From Nitrospinota bacterium (lineage in GTDB: Bacteria > UBA8248), in contig JAYGFR010000367.1 in NCBI GenBank assembly GCA_046581755.1, positions 1 to 12,562 on the forward strand: a stretch of DNA of 12,562 bases, in the 5' to 3' direction. Within the stretch, counting starts at the first letter, position 1, and each line of letters starts with the position of its first letter. Below, one piece after another: positions 1-5,599 of this stretch. The notes below the pieces were generated by a model, which searched no databases, had not been told where the DNA came from, and saw only the letters and a program-made list of their open reading frames with translations. The translations under genes and the position numbers were made by a program.

Positions 1-41
1 GTATTTCCTAGCTTCGAACCTACGAAAATGCCCGCGCCGGG

Positions 42-827
42 TCAAGTTTCAAAGCTGGGCCAAAGGGTTTCCGCCCTGGGTTTCCGCCCGTAAATCGGCT
101 GAAGATCAGCGACAGCGGAGGACCGCCCCTGGGTCATTGCCTGCCACGCCAGCCGAGCAACGCTTTCCGGAGAAATGGTTACCCCGCGGTGTAGAATTCG
201 TGATCCTGAATCGCCGCCTATGATTCCGACAGGGAAGTCTTTTTCTGCCGCAACGATTAATATTTTTCCATTTTCCGGAAGTGGGAGGAAATTGCGCCTG
301 CTGAGGATATCCTCTCCCGCCCGGACAGCGGTTGGCGTACCATCAGGTTGAACTTTGGCAGGCTTGTAGAGAGCCGAGAAAAGCTCTCCGTTCCGGGCAT
401 CTCGGCATGGAAGAACCCATTCGGGGAGAGTACCTCCCTCGTTCAGCCAGCTCCTCAGCGCGGCATCCGCCAGGGCGTCCAAGGATGATATCCCGAAAAG
501 AGGGCATCTCAGCCCTATGACCAACCCTTTTGCCGTTGCCAATCCAATCCGAAGGCCCGTGAACGATCCGGGGCCGAGGGCGACTCCAACCGCCGCGATG
601 GACTCTTCGCGAGCGTTAGCTTCGCGCATGAGATCGCGGATGGCTGGAAGTAGGATACGAGAGGTGCGGATTCCAGCGGGAAGACGCTTGGTCCGAACCT
701 TCTTGGTGTACAGGTGAAAAAGGGCCACTCCGCCCTCGGGTGTGGAGGTGTCCACCGCAAGGATCCAGTCTCGCCCATTGATGGCATCACTCTCTTGCTT
801 TGGCGCATCACCGGTGTCATTCCTCAT
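42..827 (-). CDS. tsaB: tRNA threonylcarbamoyladenosine (t6A) biosynthesis protein TsaB (YeaZ)
   Basis: Motifs ILAVDTST, VALGPGSFTGLRIGLATAKGL, SSLDALA, DARNGELF and LQPIYGR are typical of TsaB. Start set at ATG 827, the last in-frame start before ILAVDTS, which overlaps the stop of the rex C-terminal frame. The ORF-track extension to 926 is rex sequence read in another frame. Confidence 0.93.
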   Translation of the reverse strand: MRNDTGDAPKQESDAINGRDWILAVDTSTPEGGVALFHLYTKKVRTKRLPAGIRTSRILLPAIRDLMREANAREESIAAVGVALGPGSFTGLRIGLATAKGLVIGLRCPLFGISSLDALADAALRSWLNEGGTLPEWVLPCRDARNGELFSALYKPAKVQPDGTPTAVRAGEDILSRRNFLPLPENGKILIVAAEKDFPVGIIGGDSGSRILHRGVTISPESVARLAWQAMTQGRSSAVADLQPIYGRKPRAETLWPSFET

Positions 828-1196
828 CGCTTTTCGATAGGTAATAGGAGAGATGCTCGAGTTCGCTGCCCAGGGCCACATATTTGATTGTGACGTGGGA
901 GTGGGCGGTGGCCGGAGTGGGAGCAAAGTTCAAAATTTCCCGCACTCTTGCCCCGACAAGCTGGGTGACGACGCCCTGCGCCGCTTCGCTTGGAACGGCG
1001 ACAATTCCACTTTCGATTTTTTTTTATCCCGCACGCCGAACATTCCGAAATAGGCTAGATCCTTTCTGATTTGAGGCGGGTTGAGTCCGCTCCGCCTGGC
1101 CAGATCCGCCAATGAGGCGATCCGGATGCCCTCATCGGCCATCTGGTTGAACATTCGCTGGTAGGCGGAAAGGCGGCGGATGGTGGGGTCGGGCAT
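817..1196 (-). pseudogene. rex: Redox-sensing transcriptional repressor Rex, internally deleted and frameshifted
   Basis: 1196-1026 encodes the Rex DNA-binding domain (MPDPTIRRLSAYQR...QIRKDLAYFGMFGVR). After an A9 run (T9 on + at 1017-1025) the -1 frame, 1017-817, reads IESGIVAVPSEAAQGVVTQLVGARVREILNFAPTPATAHSHVTIKYVALGSELEHLSYYLSKSDEE*, the Rex C-terminus (AVP..AAQ, ILNFAP, ELEHLSYYL). The usual GVGY...GxGxxG...FD.DP middle part is absent. Confidence 0.88.
1017..1025 (-). repeat. A9 homopolymer at the rex frameshift/deletion junction
   Basis: Nine T on the + strand at 1017-1025; the minus strand reads GAT AAA AAA AAA TCG. Confidence 0.9.
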
Positions 1197-1330
1197 TTCC
1201 CCCCTGGAGAGTTCAGAAAAATCGAGGGGTAGGGTTCGACCCGGGTATTTGGCGGTTGAGCGATGCAGTCTTTTCCAGTTTCGCTGTCCGAGTGAATCGG
1301 CCATCGGCATCGGCCCGCGCCGCGGGATGG

Positions 1331-1367
1331 GAAAAAGGGAAGGGGGGCAAGCGGCGTTGCCCCCCTT
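1331..1367 (-). terminator. Probable intrinsic terminator hairpin after atpE
   Basis: Perfect 11-bp inverted repeat AAGGGGGGCAA (1340-1350) / TTGCCCCCCTT (1357-1367) with a 6-nt loop, ~20 nt past the atpE stop. On the minus strand it is followed by CCCTTTTTC, an interrupted U-tract. Confidence 0.7.
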
Positions 1368-1388
1368 TCTGGCCTGCCAGAGGTTTCC

Positions 1389-1712
1389 CTAAGCGAGAAT
1401 GATGATCAGGCAAATAACAAACGTATAAATTACCAGTGATTCGATGAGGGCGAGACCAATGATCATGGAGACGCGAAGATCGGCGCCCGCACCTGGGTTG
1501 CGTGCGGTACCTTCGAGAGCACTGGAAATGCTGCGTCCCTGAGCGAGGGCTCCCCCGGTGGCCGCGATTGCCAGTGCAAATGCGGAGGAGATCACCCTCC
1601 ATTTCAAAACTTCTGATCCGCCCGCGCCTGCGGCAGCGGCGGCGAAAACGTCAGTCACCATAAAAGTATACGAGAAGACGGCGAGCCCAATCATTCCGAG
1701 CCTTTTCATCAT
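1389..1712 (-). CDS. atpE: F0F1 ATP synthase subunit c with an N-terminal signal-peptide-like extension
   Basis: Hairpin with ARNP loop and GLALIESLVIY carrying the ion-binding Glu. Start moved to ATG 1712 because SD AAGGAG lies 9 nt upstream; the ORF-track start 1787 overlaps atpB. Confidence 0.95.
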   Translation of the reverse strand: MMKRLGMIGLAVFSYTFMVTDVFAAAAAGAGGSEVLKWRVISSAFALAIAATGGALAQGRSISSALEGTARNPGAGADLRVSMIIGLALIESLVIYTFVICLIIILA

Positions 1713-1752
1713 GCGAACATTCTCCTTGTTGAGGTTTTGGTTCCAACAACCA

Positions 1753-2469
1753 TTAATTGGCGTGAGCGTATTCTTCACCATGTTCATCGTTGTCGTGCCC
1801 TTCGAGAGACCCGGCGATGTATATCATGGTCAGAAGTACAAAGACAAAGGCTTGAATAAAACTTCCGAAAATAACGAACAGCTGCATGGCCCAGGGGAGA
1901 GGCAGGAAAAGCTGCAGACAAAGCAGCATGAGAACGCCCAAGACGAGTTCCTCGCCTGTGATGTTTCCGAATAGGCGCAGTGTCAAGGAAAGCGGCCGAG
2001 CGAGGTGGGAAATGATCTCGATGGGGACCATGAGAGGTGCCAGCCACATGATAGGGCCGGTAAAATGCTTAAGGTATTTGAGGCCGTTCTTTTTGAGGCC
2101 GATGTAGTGGGTGGCCAGAAATACGGTCAGTGCGCATCCCACGTTGGTGTTGATATTGCTGGTTGGCGCCATAAAACCAGGTAAAATTCCGATGACGTTG
2201 GACAAGAAGATGTAGATAGACAAGGTGAAAATGAGGGGGAAGTAAGGTCTTCCCTCCGGCCCCAGGGTGTCCTCCATCAGTGAGGCGACTCCCTCGAAGA
2301 GTGTTTCGAGGACATTTTGTGTGCCAAAAGGGATGGTCTGAAGGGCGCGTGTCGCCAGGGCCGATATGGCGATGAGAAAGACCATAACGGCCCAGCTGTA
2401 AATCACATTTGGATAATCGTCGAATCCGGGGATGAACCCCAGGTATAAAAATGGGTGAAATTTATCCAT
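1753..2469 (-). CDS. atpB: F0F1 ATP synthase subunit a
   Basis: QNVLE, SNVIGILPG, APTSNIN, RPLSLTLRLFGNI (stator Arg) and IQAFVFVLLTMIYI. Confidence 0.97.
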   Translation of the reverse strand: MDKFHPFLYLGFIPGFDDYPNVIYSWAVMVFLIAISALATRALQTIPFGTQNVLETLFEGVASLMEDTLGPEGRPYFPLIFTLSIYIFLSNVIGILPGFMAPTSNINTNVGCALTVFLATHYIGLKKNGLKYLKHFTGPIMWLAPLMVPIEIISHLARPLSLTLRLFGNITGEELVLGVLMLLCLQLFLPLPWAMQLFVIFGSFIQAFVFVLLTMIYIAGSLEGHDNDEHGEEYAHAN

Positions 2470-2472
2470 GAC

Positions 2473-2868
2473 TTATGCCCTTGTTGCGGCTTCTCCTTTG
2501 ATGAGGGCGAACGCTCCAAATAGGACAATTCCCATTACCGGTGCCGAAAGGCCGATTACGACACCGATAACCGGGAGACGCCCCCAAGCGAGAGCGCCGG
2601 CCACTGCGGCCAAAAGGACGATGAAGCGGGCACCATATATGACATGATGCCACCATTTGACGCGGGGGCTCTCGCGCCGGAAAACCCGGGCGAAGCAGAT
2701 GTCCATTCCGCGAAAATTGCCCAAGCCCAGTGCCCCGCCTATGGCGATAGCCGCGGCGTATGAAAGCGAACCCACTGCCAGCGCGCCGAGCGATGCGGCG
2801 AGAAGTGCGGCCCACCCGGATATTTGTATGTTCTTTAGAATAGGCGGCGGTTCAAAAGTGGCGGACAA
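2473..2868 (-). CDS. atpI: ATP synthase protein I (AtpI-like four-helix membrane protein)
   Basis: 131 aa with about four hydrophobic segments (GGALGLGNF, RFIVLLA, VIGVVIGLS), directly upstream of atpB. TTG start with SD AAGGAAGG. Confidence 0.8.
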   Translation of the reverse strand: MSATFEPPPILKNIQISGWAALLAASLGALAVGSLSYAAAIAIGGALGLGNFRGMDICFARVFRRESPRVKWWHHVIYGARFIVLLAAVAGALAWGRLPVIGVVIGLSAPVMGIVLFGAFALIKGEAATRA

Positions 2869-2883
2869 CAGGTTGCCTTCCTT

Positions 2884-3144
2884 CTAACGGGCCAGTTTCA
2901 TCACTTCGATGAAGGCTGATATGAATCCCAAAATGATTCCCACGACCATGATCCAGGGGTAGGTTCCCAACAAAGTGTCTATCCCGTAACCGAGTCCCGC
3001 CCCCACGAGCGGGGCGGTCACGAAATTCCACCCGACAGATGCCGCTCTGAGCGCCTTTATCCTTGATCGCAAACGGTCTTCGCTTTTTTCTTCAGAGCCC
3101 GGATATTTGGGGGCCGGCCCCCCCCCTGAAAGGTTTTGGGTCAT
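2884..3144 (-). CDS. atpZ: AtpZ/AtpI family small membrane protein
   Basis: VGAGLGYGIDTLLGTYPWIMVVGIILGFISAF matches the AtpZ family pattern G..lG..lD...gT.Pw....G..lG; first gene of the operon. Confidence 0.88.
   Translation of the reverse strand: MTQNLSGGGPAPKYPGSEEKSEDRLRSRIKALRAASVGWNFVTAPLVGAGLGYGIDTLLGTYPWIMVVGIILGFISAFIEVMKLAR
3118..3126 (-). repeat. G9 homopolymer in codons 7-9 of atpZ (in frame)
   Basis: Nine C on the + strand at 3118-3126, encoding Gly-Gly-Gly. Confidence 0.85.
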
Positions 3145-3190
3145 CTGAACAACCGTTCCTTTCAGCCGCCCCTAGGAGCTACGGAGCGGC

Positions 3191-3219
3191 AAACTACCAA
3201 CCCGAAATGAGAGTGTCAA
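3191..3219 (-). promoter_or_regulatory. Sigma70-type promoter of the atpZIBE operon
   Basis: Minus strand TTGACA (3219-3214), 17 nt, TAGTTT (3196-3191), with an extended -10 TG; ~45 nt upstream of the atpZ ATG. Confidence 0.75.
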
Positions 3220-3990
3220 GAGAAAAGCCCATTTGATCGTTTACCCCCAGTTGGAGAAGTCCACCCCCCCTCGTCATGTCCCGATCTGAAGCAGAGTCCA
3301 TCCGCCTCCAACGCTCAAAATTTCCCCGTAATATCCCTCAACTCCCCGAAATTTTCCTCCACCGTACGCAATTCGCCCCTCTCGCCGGCAGAACTTCCCG
3401 CCAGAGGAGAAAACATAGGGCCAATTGATGAATATTCCGCTACAGGAAATTTGCGGAAATGCCAGGTCCCGATCCTGATACACTCGAAATCCTCTCTCCA
3501 AGGTACGGATAGGCGTGTTCCCGCTAGTTGACAAAAATCTGCCCAGCAAAAAACCTACCAAAATTCTACAGCCGCCGCAGGCATTTCCAGTCCTCTGGGT
3601 GTGAGTACCCCCCGGCTGCTCTTACTTTCCAGGTCCCACGGCTTTCTTTTTTCAGGTGCGAGTAGCAAGGCGGAGAGGCCAGTCCGGAAAATACTGAAGA
3701 TCCCTATTCCGTCAGGGAAGTGCCGATGGATGTGCCAATTGTATTCGGTAGTAGCAGCGAAAATATCAGAATTATTGGCGAAAGATAAATTTAAATAGTC
3801 ATCATAATGGCGAATATTCGGCCTGGGAATTGCTCTATCCATTAGCAAAGTATTATCGGATTGAGGGGAGAGCACATATATTTTTGATGGCGGGGTCCAG
3901 TTTTGGCTAATTATCCTTGCGATGAAAGGGATTCAGTTACATTTTTCATTAAAGACCGCTCGGTTGAGTATGGCGGATTGAAAAAAACAT

Positions 3991-4006
3991 TGTCAAAATT
4001 TTGACA
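3991..4006. promoter_or_regulatory. Perfect 16-bp palindrome TGTCAAAATTTTGACA, a FleQ-box-like operator
   Basis: Self-complementary. The core GTCA-N6-TGAC resembles the known Pseudomonas FleQ consensus. It lies 86 nt upstream of the FleQ-like gene. Confidence 0.65.
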
Positions 4007-4029
4007 TATCGTTCAAATTGTGCTCCAAT
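4001..4029 (+). promoter_or_regulatory. Putative sigma70 promoter of the FleQ-like regulator
   Basis: TTGACA (4001-4006), 17 nt, TCCAAT (4024-4029) with TG at 4021-4022; the -10 is imperfect. Confidence 0.4.
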
Positions 4030-4092
4030 CTTACTGAAATTTAAAAATAGGTAAAAATGCTTTGGCATAGCTCGAATGAATCGAGAGTGTGA

Positions 4093-5487
4093 ATGAACAA
4101 TAAAAGCGCAGTTCTTTGCGGCTATGGACGCAAACCTATTGCCATGTTGACGGAATTTTTTGAGGCAAAGGGATTCGAGGTGGTGTCAGCGAATCGTCTG
4201 GACCTTTTGAGGTCCAGGAAAGCCAGTATTGTATTCTGCTCCATTTCTGATGATCTCTCCGAAGACTATTTCACCACTCTCCTTGACGATATCCAGGTCA
4301 TGCGAATTGCCAGGGAAAATCTCCCCATCTGCTGCACATCAGATGGAAATAATGTAGACCGGATTGTTCGGGTTATCAGGGCAGGTGCCACCGATTTTGA
4401 AAATTGGAGCATGGATAGAAATTCAATTCCGGAGAGGCTCCTCAGCCAAGCTGAAATGTCGCCCGAGGAGGACTCGGATCCATCGGATGGCACCGATAGC
4501 ACCGATTTTCACGGAATATTGGGACAAAGTACTGAAATCAAACGGGTTTTTAAAATGATTTCCAAAGTAAGCCGAACCTCAAGCACAGTACTTATCATGG
4601 GAGAGAGCGGCACCGGGAAAGAATTAGTTTGCAGGGCCATTCATAAGATGAGTGATAGACATAAAAAGCCTATAATTCCAATTAATTGTGGTGCAATACC
4701 TGAGGAGTTACTTGAGAGTGAACTTTTCGGTCACGAGAAGGGAGCCTTCACAGGGGCGACAACGGCGCGCGAGGGTAGGTTTCAGATGGCTGATGGTGGA
4801 ACTATTTTTCTGGATGAAGTGAGCGAGATGAGCCCGAAGCTTCAAGTGAAATTTCTGCGGGTCCTACAGGAGAGCGAATTCGAGCGTTTGGGTGGGGGAA
4901 AAACCATTCACGTCGATGTGCGCGTTATTGCGGCAACAAACATGGATTTGGAGGAATCTGTTGCCGAGAAAAAATTTCGAGAGGATCTATATTACCGTTT
5001 GAATGTTATTCCTCTTGAGGTGCCCCCGCTTCGTGAAAGATATGGCGATATATCTATTTTGGTTCAAGCATTTATAAAAAAATTTCAGGAAAAAAATTTA
5101 ACTCCAATAAAATCCATCGCACCGGATGCCATGGCCGCAATTCAAAATTATCACTGGCCTGGAAATGTTCGTGAGTTGGAGAATCTGATTGAAAGAATGG
5201 CAATCTTGGCGGAAGGCTCCGTTCTGAAGTTGAACGATCTTCCAGAGCGTTTTTTGTCGGGCGAGCAATTAGAATCGGCTGCTGAACCGATAAACTTGCT
5301 CGATATTCCGGACGAGGGAATTAATCTGAGGGCGGTGATCGAGAATATTGAAAACCGTTTAATCGAGACAGCGCTGGAGAAGAGTGGAGGCGTCAAGAAC
5401 CGGGCGGCACAACTCCTTGGATTGAACCGAACGACATTGGTCGAAAAACTCAAGAAAAAGAACCTGGAAGGGGCCAAAGCGGGTTAG
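4093..5487 (+). CDS. Sigma54-dependent enhancer-binding protein, FleQ/FlrA-like flagellar master regulator with a degenerate receiver domain
   Basis: Walker A GESGTGKE, ESELFGHEKGAFTGA, Walker B FLDEV, FREDLYYRLNV, WPGNVRELEN and Fis-type HTH AAQLLGLNRTTLVEKLKK, a C-terminus typical of FleQ/FlrA. The N-terminal REC-like fold lacks the phosphoacceptor Asp. First gene of the flagellar cluster. Confidence 0.93.
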   Translation: MNNKSAVLCGYGRKPIAMLTEFFEAKGFEVVSANRLDLLRSRKASIVFCSISDDLSEDYFTTLLDDIQVMRIARENLPICCTSDGNNVDRIVRVIRAGATDFENWSMDRNSIPERLLSQAEMSPEEDSDPSDGTDSTDFHGILGQSTEIKRVFKMISKVSRTSSTVLIMGESGTGKELVCRAIHKMSDRHKKPIIPINCGAIPEELLESELFGHEKGAFTGATTAREGRFQMADGGTIFLDEVSEMSPKLQVKFLRVLQESEFERLGGGKTIHVDVRVIAATNMDLEESVAEKKFREDLYYRLNVIPLEVPPLRERYGDISILVQAFIKKFQEKNLTPIKSIAPDAMAAIQNYHWPGNVRELENLIERMAILAEGSVLKLNDLPERFLSGEQLESAAEPINLLDIPDEGINLRAVIENIENRLIETALEKSGGVKNRAAQLLGLNRTTLVEKLKKKNLEGAKAG

Positions 5488-5599
5488 GCATATATAAGTT
5501 ATAAATTACCAAATATTTATATAAATTCAACAAGAGTTTATTGTAATCATGAAGGAGTGTGAAGTTTACCCCCCGAAGGTTGGAAGCGGAGGAGGGAAA

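Noticed and set aside
42..1196. The Rex N-terminal ORF and tsaB share a frame with a single TGA (930-932) between them, suggesting a read-through or selenocysteine Rex-TsaB fusion
   Set aside because: The intervening DNA is clearly the Rex C-terminus in another frame, and no SECIS-like hairpin is evident after the TGA; the shared frame is a by-product of the frameshift.
3187..3225. GGCAAAC...GAAA resembling a c-di-GMP-I riboswitch (also GACGCAAA at 5741)
   Set aside because: The paired GNRA stem and the following GACGCAAA are missing at 3187, which is explained by the atp promoter; 5741 lacks the GGCAAA half and is coding.
3570..3715. Loose minus-strand resemblance to a cobalamin riboswitch (AATAGGGA...CCGC...CCTGC) and a 12-nt match to the E. 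coli 6S RNA 3' end as recalled (GCCTGCGGCGGC)
   Set aside because: Core riboswitch elements (GGTG..AA.TCC, ACTGT, GCCACTG, GGGAAG) and the 6S-type long closing stem are not convincingly present; kept only as an unassigned ncRNA candidate.
3274..3875. Short ORFs 3274-3561(-), 3555-3875(-), 3601-3798(+) and a 50-codon ORF from 3276(+)
   Set aside because: No recognisable motifs or well-spaced SD, and they overlap one another on opposite strands.
4062..4078. TGGCAT upstream of regulator 1 (and GGCA at 5487) as sigma54 -24 elements
   Set aside because: No GC at the -12 position.
4495..5090. FleQ c-di-GMP-binding motifs (LFRS, RN, ExxxR) in regulator 1
   Set aside because: The corresponding positions read DFHG, RA and QAFIK by eye, so c-di-GMP binding cannot be claimed.
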